Assembly: GCA_028534125.1 (NCBI GenBank)
Contig: CM052832.1
Coordinates: 9,178,001-9,242,000 of the forward strand
DNA length: 64,000 nt
From: Lama glama
Lineage: Eukaryota
Direction of reading: 5' to 3'
Numbering within the stretch: the first letter of the stretch is position 1; each line of letters starts with the position of its first letter. The translations under genes and the position numbers were made by a program. The notes under the pieces were generated by a model, which saw only the letters and a program-made list of their open reading frames with translations, was not told the origin of the DNA and did not search any database. Of this stretch, positions 25,901 through 38,397 are shown piece after piece.

Positions 25901-28420
25901 ATAAGGCACAAAAAAATAAAAGGCAGAATGACTGGAAAGGAACAAATAAAACTATCCCCATTCAGAGGTCATGATTATGTAAAAATCATAAGGAACAAAA
26001 ATCAGAACAAAACAAAAACTACTAGAACTACTAAGTGAATTTAAATTTAGCAAGGCCACAGGACACAAGATCAGTAACAGAAACCAATTATATTTCTTTA
26101 CACTCACAGGAAAAAACTGAAAGTCTAACACTAAGGGAAAAAACACCATCATGTGAATTGTTTTCTTAATTTCATTTCTAGATTGTTGCCAGTGTATAGA
26201 AATATAATTGACTGTATATTGCACTTGTATGATTTTGCTGAACTTGTTTATTCTACTGGTTTTTTGAGTGAATTTCTTGGGATTTTCTGTACATAAGATT
26301 CATGCTATTTATGAATAAAGACAGTTTTACTTCTTAGAAAAAAGCACTATCATAAGATACTTAGGAATAAGTTTAACAAAAAGTGTGCACAACTTCTACA
26401 TAAAAACTGTATGACACTGTTAAAAGAGATTAAAGAAGACATCAATAAATGGAGAGATATAAGATGTTCATGGATTGGAAAACTCGATTATTTTTAAATG
26501 TCAATTCTCCCCAAACTGATCTATAGATTTAAAGCAATCCTAATCATAATCTCAGCAGTCTTTATTAAAAACAAAAATTGGCAAGCTAATCCTAAATCTT
26601 ATACAATGCAAAGGATCTGAAATAGACAAGAGAAACTTTAAAGGAACAAAAATGTAATCAACTCAAGGTTTACTGTAGTTACAGTAATTTAGCTAATATG
26701 GTCATTGGCATAAGAATAGCCACATCAATGAATGGCACTGATTAGGGTGTTCTGAAACAGACCCATATTCACGTGGTCAAATGGTTTTTGACAAGGTACC
26801 AAAGCAAATTCAAAGGGCAAAGGAATAAATGGTGCCGGAACAACTGGATACCCACATATAGTAAATAAATGAAGCTCAACCCCTACATCTCAACTCATAA
26901 AAAAAAAAAATCAGTTTTGAGACAGATCACATACCCAGATATTAAGTCTAAAATTTCAAAGTTTACAGAAGAAAACACAAAGAGTATCTTTGCCACCTGG
27001 GAGAAGGCAGACATTTCTTTAACACAGGAAACAATCATCGTAAAATCAAAAATTGAGTATTGAACTCCATCAAATTTAAAATCACTGCCATCAAAAAATA
27101 TCATACAGGCAAGACACAGACTGGGAGAAAATATTCACAAATCATGTCCAACAAAGGATTTGTACCCAGAATGTATAAAGAACTCTAAACCTCAATAATA
27201 AAAAGATAAGCCAATAAAAAACAAACAAACGACTTTAACAAAAACTTCTGAAGTTAGATGAATGAGCAATGAGCACATGTAAAATTGCACCAACATCATT
27301 AGTCATAAGGGAAAACTAAAAACTTAATGAAATACCACTACACAGAACAGCTAAAATTTAAAAGACTGACAACATCAAGTGTTGGTGAGGATACGGAGCA
27401 AGTGGAACATCATTACTGGTGGGAATGAAAAACCATTTTGGAAAAACTTTTGGCAGTTTCTTATTAAGTTCAAATACACCCGCCCTTTGATGCAGCAACT
27501 CCACTCCTGGGGATTTACCCATGAAAAATTAAACATATGTCCACAAAAAGACTTGTTTACAAATGGTCATAGCCAGCAACTACTGTATCAGTTAAGAATG
27601 TTTACTCTATTAGATAACAATCTAGAAAAGCCTATCTTAATGCTGTCTTAATATTCCTAAAATGTATCATAAAAAGCTGAAGATTTTTAATAGTGCAAGA
27701 TTTATTATCTGGTATTTTAAACACACAGAAGTATAGTTAGGTACAGAATAATAATGCCTAATGCTTTTAATATGTTGTATTTAAAATAATATTAGCATAA
27801 GCTGATATGATTTCTGAAATCCACTACCATTTTCCTCCCCCTCTCGCTTCCTTAATTAATTAATTAATAATTAATTGAGGTACTGGGGATTGAACCCAGG
27901 AGGACTTCATGCATGCTAAGCATGTGCTCCACCCCTGAGCTATTCCCACCCCACTTCCTTTCTTTTAAATATTTAAAATTTCCACTAAAAAGTAGAATGA
28001 GTTGATTTAAAAAAAAAAAAAGACATAGAAGTTTTATGATAGCCTCAAACTGAAACAACTCAAATGTTCATACACTACATTCATACAATGGACAACTACT
28101 CAGCAATAAAAATGGAAACAACTTCTAATAATCGTAGCATCACGGATGAATCTGATATACATTACACTGAGTAAAAGAAGCCAGGCACAAGAGAATGATT
28201 TCATTTTGATGATGTTCTAGAACAGACAAAACTAATCTAAGGTGAAAAGATCAGAATAGTGGTTACCTAAGAGCTGGAGCTATTAACAAGGAAATTTGCA
28301 GTCAGATGGAAATGTGCTCTATCTTGATAGGATGTGAATTACATGAGTTTAACTATTGTCATAAATGTGCAATTAAGATTTGTGCGTTTAGAAATATGCA
28401 AATTTTCCCCTAAAAAAAAA
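22955..28420 (+). mobile_element. Degenerate near-full-length old L1 (5'UTR, ORF1, ORF2, 3' end) in UBR2 intron 2, antisense to the gene
   Basis: A-rich strand with ORF1-like and RT-like remnants (e.g. LNGKRLNAFPLRLGTRQRCP at ~25830); many stops and frameshifts; interrupted by later insertions. Confidence 0.85.
27854..27952 (-). mobile_element. tRNA-derived SINE (Vic-1-like)
   Basis: AGCTCAGGGGTGGAGCACATGCTTAGCATGC...GGTTCAATCCCCAGTACC; short cttcctt repeats on both sides. Confidence 0.85.
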
Positions 28421-28804
28421 AAAAGAACTCAAATAGGGTATCAAAAGGAAAATTTTGGTGATATAAATCCGAGTTTCCTTACCTGAAATGATTATCCCAT
28501 AGTAATCTATTTCTAGCTTTACTATTTCCTAACATATGGACAAAGGCATACATGTAAAGCTGATTTTATATCCCATGTACTATGTTCAATCTTATACCAA
28601 ACTGGTGCATAATAAATAAAAATGATCACAAATCTCCAAACCAAGAATATAAGATTCATTTTAGACAACTAGAGGAATCCAAACTATCTAGGAGATATCA
28701 GCTACCCACTGCTTGTTATTTTCCCAGGCTGGAGATACCAATGTAGAGAAGGCAAATTCCAATATATTGAAGACCACGGTGATAACACACAGCACTGAAA
28801 TTCT

Positions 28805-28900
28805 ATGCTTAGCATGCACAAAATCCTGGTTCAATCCCCAGTACTTCCATTATAAATAAATAAATAAATAAACCTAATTATCCCCCCAAATATTAAAAAT
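28805..28900 (+). mobile_element. 5'-truncated tRNA-derived SINE (Vic-1-like)
   Basis: atgcttagcatgc...ggttcaatccccagtac, then (taaa)n and aacctaatta tail. Confidence 0.8.
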
Positions 28901-30941
28901 AAATTTTCTATTTCTAGGTATCTACCTTGAAAAATACTGAAATGTGTATAAAAAGAGATGTCTACAAATAGGTACAGAGTGTTCTTTGCAGCACAGTTTG
29001 CTATAGGAACAAAAATCCTAGAAATTCCCCATTTCTAATTTCATTAATAGAGCAATCAAATAAATCATGGCTGTCCTTACCATGGAAACACAGCAGTTAA
29101 AAGAATGATGAAGATTTAAATATACTGACTGGGAAAGATCTCTAAAACAAACTTTCACGAAAAAAAGCCACAGTTACAATACGTACAGTATAATTTCACT
29201 TATGTATCACATTCATAATTAGAGGTAACCGATATTTTTAAAATTAACACAGAACTGATTTCAATCTCTGGACTATTCTTGTTACAAAGAAAGTCTTAAA
29301 ATAGAACTGTGCTAAAAAGAGATCGTGTTCAAGTTTTTTAAAAAGCAAGAAACTGAATAAACAACTCTTCTTACTGGAAATAAGCAGTTCTTCCACATTA
29401 GAGCTTTGTATTTTCAGACAGAAAAGAAATGAAACCATCTCTGCCCCTCTGCTTAAGTTATTTATCACTCACGGCTTAGTAACTTATTTTAAAACTGAGT
29501 ATTCGGCTTAAAAAATGTCACACATGAAAATTCCATATAGTTTCCTAAGCGCTTTTATATACATTACCTCAGTTTATCCTAACAACTCTATGAGGGAAGA
29601 AAATAAATCCCCAAACCCTAAAAAATTGAAAAGACTTCTAAAGTTCATACACTTGCAAGTCTGCGGCTTTTCCAGACAGGAGAATTACACTTCCCAGCCC
29701 TGATTTGCAGTTTGACAGAGGCCTTGGAACTAGCTCTAGCTAAAGGGATGAGGGCATGGTCTTCATTTCTGAGCAACAGCAATTTATTTGCTGTGCAAGA
29801 CCCTGCAGCATTACTCTTCCCTGCTGTGGTGAACCCTAAAAGCATTATGCTAAATTAATGGACTATAACACGGTATGAAGGAACTACCTAGAACAGAACC
29901 CCCCAGCCATCAGCCTCATTGATATGAACTGGTCACACGGTCTGAGTAATAAATGTATTTTGGGTATTTAAAGTCTCTGAGATTGTAGGGTCATTTGTTA
30001 TTTTTAGCATAACCTCATCTATCATTACTGACAAAATTAGAGTTTTTAAAAAAAATTAAACAAGCAAAATTGCTTAATAAAATTTATAATAAAGTACAAT
30101 AAACTACTATCTGAAAACATACGCTAAGAGTATTCCTAACTGATGGCAACAAACTCCCAACTCTAGCTTCTGGTTATCTATAACATTCATATAGTAAGTT
30201 TTTAAATATTGAAAAATAATGTTCTTAATTTAACTATACAACAAAAACGGTAGAACTAAATCTTACTTAGTGTTAACTCAAAATTTAGACACATCAAGTA
30301 TGATTTCATATTCTACTAGTATTTAATTTTTCTTAATGGCTATGAAATGTCAAAATATATGTAGTTATGATAAAAAAAAAAACCACTAAGATTATTGCCC
30401 CTAAGAACAAACATCTCTATTCAGAAAGGATTAACAAGTGCCAAGTTTGACTACACTTTTCCAACAGAGAACTAAGTATAGACAAATATAAAAATTAGCC
30501 TACTGCCTGAAAACACAGCTTCTTCTGACATCACAGAGGCTTCAGTAAGATAATCTGTGACCTAAACAATTTTAGAAACTGTGAACAAATAACAGAAAAA
30601 CTAACCTAATTCCTTTCACAGATTCCTTTTCTAATTACTATACATAAAAGACTCCCGAATATTATTTTTCTTAAAGAAAACCACCCCATAGACGTAAGTC
30701 ATCTTTAGCTTGATGGGTCTAGTTAAGAAACTCCCCCAGAATTCCAATAACCATCTTTCATCTTTCCAAATAATACACTCCATGTCATTTTACCAGGGTA
30801 CTGGGTTTCATGAGAATACCTACTTTTAACATAAGACATTCATCCTCAGGACCCAAGCATGGCCACTTACTAAGAGTTTACTATGTATCAAGTATTGTGG
30901 AAAGGACTACACAAAGGATTTCATTTACTTTCTCAACAACT

Positions 30942-31620
30942 GTGTGATAAAAAATTTGGCTGACCTTTGTGTGGGGTTCCTGGGAGGTAACTTCTAAACC
31001 CTTGAAACTTCCCATGTGATAGGAATGTCTTTGTTATTCATGTCCCGTCCCACCCCGACATATCTGACAGTTTATACTAATGAGATAACTCAGAGTGGAG
31101 ATTGGTCATACCAGAAAGACCAACCATGTGATTAGAGGGCTGGGGCTTTCAATGTTAGCCCCACCTCTGGAAAGGGAAGTAGAGCTGGATATTGAGTCAC
31201 GTGGGCAATAACTCGATTAATCATGCCTACACAATGAGACCCCAGTAAAAACTCTGGACACCAAAGCTTGGGTGAGCTTCCCTGGTTGGCAATACTCAGT
31301 GTATTGTCACGCATTAACGTGCAAAGAGGATAACAAGTCCCTGAGGACAACAGAAGCTTTGCATTTAGAAATCCTGCCCTTTGGCCGGTTCTGATTGTAT
31401 CCTTTACCTACGCTAAAACTTTAGTCATAAGTATAGCATTTTCCTAAGTTCTGTGAGTTGCTCTAGCGAATCACTAAACTAAGGTAGTCTATGGAGATAC
31501 CTGAAATTTGTAGCCAGCTGATCAGAACTGAGGGTGGCTCTGGGGATCCCCAAACTTGCAGCTGTATTTTAGACAGTCTTGTGGAAATCTGGGCCCTTAA
31601 CCTGGAGTTGGCCAACTTCA
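30942..31620. mobile_element. Solo LTR, MER21-like
   Basis: Begins with TG; shares blocks such as ctaaa..cttgaaa.ttcc...gttattcat with 38398-39290; family recalled from memory. Confidence 0.72.
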
Positions 31621-33300
31621 AGTAACAACAAATTTTAGAAATAGCCTCTAAGAGTCTAGTCCAAACTTGAGTCCTGGTGAGGCTTTTATATATTAAACCT
31701 CTTTCCCCTACTCCAGGCTTCTTGTCTGTCCAAGTGCAGGTCACCAGATACTGCTTTCTTTCTTCAATAATTCAGGGAATTAGTCAGTCTGTCTGTTTTT
31801 TTCTGGCTGCCACGGCCTATCCTCTTCTCCCTGGTCTTTCTCCCCACAAGGTTAGTTAAAAGACAGATTTTCCAATCTATCCCTTCATACCCACAGCAGT
31901 TTCTGTTGTTTGTCACCTACCCTGTCTTTCCTCCTCCAACTAGCATATTATCTCTTTTTCATTTTGTAAGTTTTTACTACTGGCCGCTAAAAGGAAATAA
32001 GGCATGCATTCTTTCACCCAGAAATTCTACTTCTAGGAATGTATCCTGTGTATATACTTCTACATGTGCACAAAGTATAATAATTAATTATTTATAATCC
32101 CAGAAACAATCTAAAATGTCTAGTAACAGAGGGTTAGGAGGTAAAGAACAGAACACCCATACAAGAGAATAATAATCAGCCATTAAACCAGTAAGACAAA
32201 GTCAGCTTTCTCAATATGTATGTTATAAAACAATCTTATGGACAAATTTTAATGAAACAACCAAGGTGAAAACAGTTTATGTCGCATGCTAGCATTTACT
32301 AAAAAAGGTATAAACGTTTGCATGTACATAGAATATCTGGACACATATACAAGAAGCTAATAACACTGGTCACTTCTGCATAAGGGGACAGGGAAATTAA
32401 GGGATGACTGGAAGAGGGTACTTTTCACTTTTGTACCTCTTGAACGACATAACCAAATGCATGTTTTGCCTATTAGATTAGTTTTTCAAGCCAATTTTTA
32501 AAAAGCAGTGGTTAATGCTGCTTTGGTGTTCTCTGTCCTTAATATATGTACCTTGTGACCCTTTAGATGATGTCATGAAAGTGAAACTTTTCTTCTCACA
32601 CCATGAGGCAATCCCCCTACCCAAGGTGCCTTCCTTTTCATTGATTCCTTACGTCTTCTAAATATACAGTTAGAATACCCAGAATAGGTATGAATGGACT
32701 AACCTGTACCTCCACACTCTAGTGAAATGAATTTATATCGCAGAGAAACTCCAGACTGACAATATCCAAGTTAAAATTCCACAACGCGTATAGAGGAAAA
32801 CTCTACTGAGATCATCCCTGACTCAGTTTTACCCACAAATCCTTTAGGCACACTTAATCTTGAAGATTACAAACAGCTTTTCAGTGTACCACCTTTGTTG
32901 AGGGGATATATTCCTCGTCCTGTCATCCCACCTCCACTCCTCCCAACTCCCAAAAAGCCTATTTCACGATCACTGTTGAAAACGAGATTCTTCTTACTTC
33001 TGCTTCTCCTAGTAATAGAAGATTTCAGGACTCTGTCAATTTAATTAAGGCCTCCCTACAAATCTGCACCCAACCTCTTCTCCCCTGGGATGGATCCACA
33101 CACAGACACATATGGGATTCCTAGGACTAAAAACATTCTTGAATACTGTACCTATGGTTAAAGATAAAATGAGATGGCAATTGGGTTCATAACAGAGATT
33201 AATGTACTGTGTACCTATAACACCAGCTGCCCTATTAATTAACTGGTTGGGTACAAGAGCAAATGTTTGAAGTCGTAAAATCTAAAATGGGAAGGATTAG

Positions 33301-33388
33301 AGGGGAGGGTACAGTTCAGCAGTAGAGTGTGTGCTTAGCATGCATGAGGTCCTGAGTTCAATGCCCAGTACCCCATTAAAAAAAAAAG
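33301..33388 (+). mobile_element. tRNA-derived SINE (Vic-1-like, short form)
   Basis: tRNA-like head, A tail, TSD-like gggaaggatta on both sides. Confidence 0.85.
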
Positions 33389-35827
33389 GGGGAAGGATTA
33401 CCTGTACATAATCATGGGTAACAGCCTAAAAAGTAGCTGGTTCACAATAAACCACTGGACAAGAATGGAAATGTGCAAAATATACTCAAACAATTTAATT
33501 AAAGTAGAGCAGCAAAATAAAATCTTTAAAACTGTCCTCTGTACTTTGAACACCGTAACACACATTTGCTCAACAAATATTTGTTGAGCACCTAGTATGT
33601 CTGAGGCACTATGATATGTGCCAAACATCTGTAATAGAAAAAGAGTATCTTATAAACTAGTGTAAATGGGAAAGAAGGAGAAAAGTATTCAGGCCAAGTC
33701 CCACTTCTGAGTCACCAAAAGCTCCTTCTCCAGCTCAAGTATGATTTTTATTTAATATTCTTTGTGGTACAGAAGACAGTATCGCAACGCAACGTGATAT
33801 TCTGCTCAGGAATTAAAGTGCTACTGTGTAGTAGTAACCAGATTTCCAAGTTTCATGGACCAATGATCAAAACAAGGGCTGCTAATTTTTTTTTTCTAAG
33901 AACATCAAAAAACAAAACTAAACTACTCAGTTCATTGCCTTCATATCATAAACTAATATTTTAAAAACAAGAGTCATCTGTGAGAATTGAGGAAACTAAA
34001 CAAATTCAGCTGTGAGAAAAACTTAGCATGTTTTCCCCAGTTTTTTCATTTTACTGAGTATGAGTGAAAAATTCACTAGAGACTAGTATTTGAGAATCTA
34101 AAAAAGTAAAATGAAAAGAGCATGGACTTTCGAGTCAGAGCACCCTGATTTCAATTTTTATGACTGCAGGCAAGTCACTTAACCATGCTGAGCCTTAGGG
34201 ATATTATCTCAGAAGTTTACAGAAGGACTAAACATGATTGTATATAAAGTGCTTAACATTAAATCTGGTGCCTAGAAGGTGCTCAACAAGCATAAGCAAC
34301 TTGCTTTCTTAAAATAAATTTGGGGACTTCCACTTCTGGTTATGACAGAATAGCTGGTACTGAACTAGCTCTCCCACTGTACACAAACATAAAACTACAT
34401 GAATACACAAGGCAACTATTTCCAGGCACTGAACAGGCAGCACTAGACTGCAGCCACCATGAAAAGGGAAATTCATGAGGTAAGTTCCATTACAGCCCTG
34501 CCTCTCACCAAGGAAATAAATTCCCACCTATGGCATAGCAAGCTAGAGGCTAAGCAGAGCTGGAAGGTTCTTCTGTGTTGAGACTCAATCAGAATCCAGG
34601 GCAGGTGGAATAGCTGGAAGCCATGGGTCAGGGCACCAGAGAGGTGGAATGGCTGCAGGATGGGAGGGGCTGGAAAAGGGTAGAAGTCTATGTAGGGGTC
34701 ACCAGTAAGTGAGCTCCTGGCTACACACACATGGGGTGACATTCTTCATGTTCACTGGATAGTTGCTGCTATGGAGTTGAGAGCATCACAGGGATACCTG
34801 AAGTCTAACATGCAGTACTAGAGGACTTTAGAGTTCTGGACAAGGTAGACATCCAGCTAAGATACCAGAAAGGCCGTGACTTGGATTAAGGACCATGAAT
34901 CCTGAAGTAAGACTTATTTTAGATCTGCCCTAACAAGGGGTAGGCAGAAGGCCACCACGGCCCAACTCAGGGTGTGGAGCCCAAATGGGATAAGGATGGC
35001 AGCTACACAGAGCTGAGTAGCAACAGCAACAACAGCAGCAGAATGGTTGCATACAGGAGAATAATCAATTAAGTCAGTACTTTTAGGATAATAAGAATCA
35101 TGTTCATTAGAGAAGGGAGTTAAAATATACAAAGGGAGGAAATAAGAAAGAACACAGTGATGGACTAGAATTAGAGAGAGCACTATAAACACATGGTCCG
35201 TAGATATACAGACCCACTAACAGGGCCTGGGATTAGTGACCTACGAACAGCAACAAGCACACTTAGTATTCTATTTGTGAACACTAATCTCTACTAAAAA
35301 GGAACCAGACTCTTTGGAGAAATGGTTAATTTTAGGACTGGGGCAGGGAAAAGTCTAAGATGTGCCCAAAACATGTTGTGTCAGAAAGAGAAGGAGGTGC
35401 TCAAAGAATGATTAGGACATGAAAAGGAACAAAGATAGCTTGAAGGGCCTCCCACTGGTCAAATCTGGTACAGTTTTGAGCACAAGAATTACGGGACTCC
35501 ATGAATATATATTGATACAAATAAATTAATAAACTGAACATTTGACAAGAAACAAGGTATTCAATAGTCTCAAAGTACCTTCCCACAAAATACTTACTAA
35601 TTACAGAGGGAAAAAGAGTAACTTTACAGTGGAGAAGCCTTGCAGACATCCCCTTAATCAAGTGATCAAACTTGAAGAGTTACTGAACAGTTTGGGTATC
35701 AGACAAACTCAAATTGATGGAGATTTACAGAAAAAAACGGTTTGTAATCTTCAAAAGATGTCAAGATCATGAAAACCAAAGAAAAACTGAGGAAATGTTT
35801 CAGACTGAAGATTAAAAGACAGGACAA

Positions 35828-35908
35828 GGGGGAGGGTAGTGGCAGAGTGTGTGCTTAGCATGCACAAGGTCCTGGGTTCAATCCCCAGTACTCTCATTAA
35901 AAAAAAAA
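35828..35908 (+). mobile_element. tRNA-derived SINE (Vic-1-like, short form)
   Basis: tRNA-like head, A tail, aaaagaca flanks. Confidence 0.82.
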
Positions 35909-36807
35909 GACACACAATTTGCTTTGGAACTGGATCCTGTTGCTACAAAGGACATTACTGGAACAACTGGATCTCAACTTCCTTGTCTGTAAATCATAAG
36001 GTTAAACTAGATCTATAGCTCCAGACATCAATAAAGGACTCAAAGAGGTTTTTGCATAGAAAAACAAAAAACTATATCTAACAGCCTTTCAATATACAAA
36101 AAGATCTCTACTGGTATTCTAACAATGCTGAAAGATTATCATAGACACCTAGAGGCCTTAACCAAAATTAAACTTATTAAATTTAAATTCTACAGGAAAA
36201 AGTCTTAAGGAAAAAAATGTTACACAATGCCTCTATCAATAGTATTACCTGCATAATGGAATATTATCTAGCTGTACTGGCTGATATGGACAGATGTCAA
36301 TGTCAAGATTTTGTTATACAGAGAAAGGAAAACAGCCCAGTATATACTACATGTTCCCCTTTCTATGTATGTCTGCATATATTTATGTTTAAGATAACCC
36401 CATATATGCATAGAAAATTTCTGGAAGGATACATAACAATGATTAGTTCTGAGAAATACAAGTAGGCAGTCACAAGGGAGACAGAGCACTTTCTTCACCA
36501 TCTTCTATCTTTGTATACTCAATTCCCAACAAGAAATCAAAAAAGAAAAAAAAAGGAGGGTAAAGTCATCCTAGCAGCAGCGAGTACACATAGCACCCAG
36601 ATCATGGTTCCTAACTAACATTCCCAACTAAAAGGAAACTTCCTGCAGAAATGGCAGATTCCACATATGGGTGAGAGTAAGCACAAAGTGAGGTGTTGTT
36701 ATCTTGTGCCAGAAAGCAAAGAAGCACTCAAAACCTAATGAAGGTATGTGAAGAAGACAAAGAAGCTAGTGTGATGGGGCTCGCAAAGGCCGAATGTGGG
36801 ACAATTT

Positions 36808-37087
36808 TTTAAACACTTTTATTGCGGTATGGTTCTACACATATTTCAGATGTACAATTTGATGAATTTTGATAGATGTATACACACCCATAAAACCACC
36901 ACCACAATCAAGACAGCTAACACTTCCATCACTCCCCAAGAGGTGCAATTTTCGAATTCCCCATTTATCCCTTCCCACTCCCTTTACCCTCTGGTAACCA
37001 TAAGTTTGTTCTCTTATGTCTGTGAGTCTGTTTCTGTTTTGTAGTTAAGTTCATTTGTGTCCTTTTTTTAGATTCCACATATACAAT
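36808..37087 (-). mobile_element. Short L1 insertion with chimeric 3' end (copy 2)
   Basis: TSD tgtgggacaattt / tgtgggataactt; shares about 150 bp with copy 1. Confidence 0.78.
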
Positions 37088-37432
37088 TGTGGGATAACTT
37101 GAACATCAGAAAAAAATCACTGTTAAGTATCAAGAAAAGCAAGGAAGTGATTATTATAAGAGTCAAGTAGCAGTTAATTATGGAGGAGAAAGAAAGCACA
37201 CAATGGGTTTCTAGAATGCTGTTGATATTCTATTTCTTGACCTGGAAAATAATCATATAATATTTGTTTATAATCACTTACTAAACTGTATATATTTATT
37301 TATGAATATAGACTTACATACATATATACAAATATGTAATATTTTATAATTTAGAAGCAAAAATGTAAGGTTTTAGGGGAAAAAAAGTCAAGTAAAAACA
37401 AGAAAGAAAGAAAAGAAATTATAATATTTTAC

Positions 37433-37692
37433 CTGCAAGAGTATGTAGGCTCTCCCACTTTAAAAACACGACCACAAAGATGAGAAGGTTTGTTTGTTTG
37501 TTCAAGTTTTGAAAATCCCAACCCAGGATCTTCACCACAAAGGTACCATTCCATTGGTCCCAACAAAACTTGGTGTGCCAACATGTCTTCTTTCTGTGGA
37601 AAAGGGTTGGGACCCCTGCAGTAGATTTTGGGTACATAGTGGGCCAAATGCTGGTACACTTCTCTAGTAAGGTCAGTTGCTTGCAGCCATTT
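37433..37692 (-). CDS. UBR2: UBR2 exon 2 (260 nt, KWLQATDLTREVYQ...HLCGRVFKVGEPTYSCR; start of UBR box)
   Basis: Poly-T tract with AAG acceptor, GTAAAA donor; in frame with exon 1. Confidence 0.97.
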
Positions 37693-38397
37693 CTTTAAAA
37701 AAAAAAAAAAAGAAAAAAAAACAGTTTTAAACAATGTCAATAAACTGCTAACTTGAATAAACTTACTCTATTTTCTTTTAGGTACAAAAATAATGGTAAA
37801 AGAGTCTTATAAATTATTTTATTGGCAACATTCATCAATGACTTCTTTCCAAAAAGACTAAAATTCATTTAGGATTTTACCAAAATGCTTAGTATTTTAG
37901 AATTCTACTTTACTTAAAGTGAAAGTAAAGGTAAAGGTAAATGCGCCCATCTTCTCAAAATGAGTCCTGAAACAATTTTCTGTAGGTAGTACAGGAAAAC
38001 AACTACAAAAAAATCACCAGATAAGACACCAGCCACTGAGCCCTTCTGATTTCCTTTCCAATTTCTAATGCTTTGCTCAAATGGCATTCTGATTGTGATT
38101 TGGATTCTCTCGTCAGTTTGCTGATAGGAAGAGCATACAGTGAACATGGACAGCTAATACACTAATGGTATTTTTCACTGATTAATAAATGAGATGACAC
38201 ACCAGTCTCTTATGGATGTCAGTCCACAAGAGACTTTGTTATATCAGTTGTGCCTTTTTTCCCCTGCTCAACCTCTCGATAAGCCCTTTCTCCCTTGCTG
38301 TCCCTGCTGAAAACATTTTAAAAAGCCACTTTTTCCTATTGCCAAAATTTCATGCCCTACTACCTGTGATAATTATACTTAGATATCTAACAGATAC

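Larger units (their letters stand above)
34325..37340 (+). mobile_element. Cluster of old L1 (L1MC/ME-like) fragments
   Basis: Two related 3'UTR segments at ~35240-35520 and ~36570-36800, plus a 5'-end-like stretch. Confidence 0.55.

Noticed and set aside
33301..33375. tRNA-like sequences as real tRNA genes
   Set aside because: Degenerate stems, A-rich tails and TSDs show they are SINEs.
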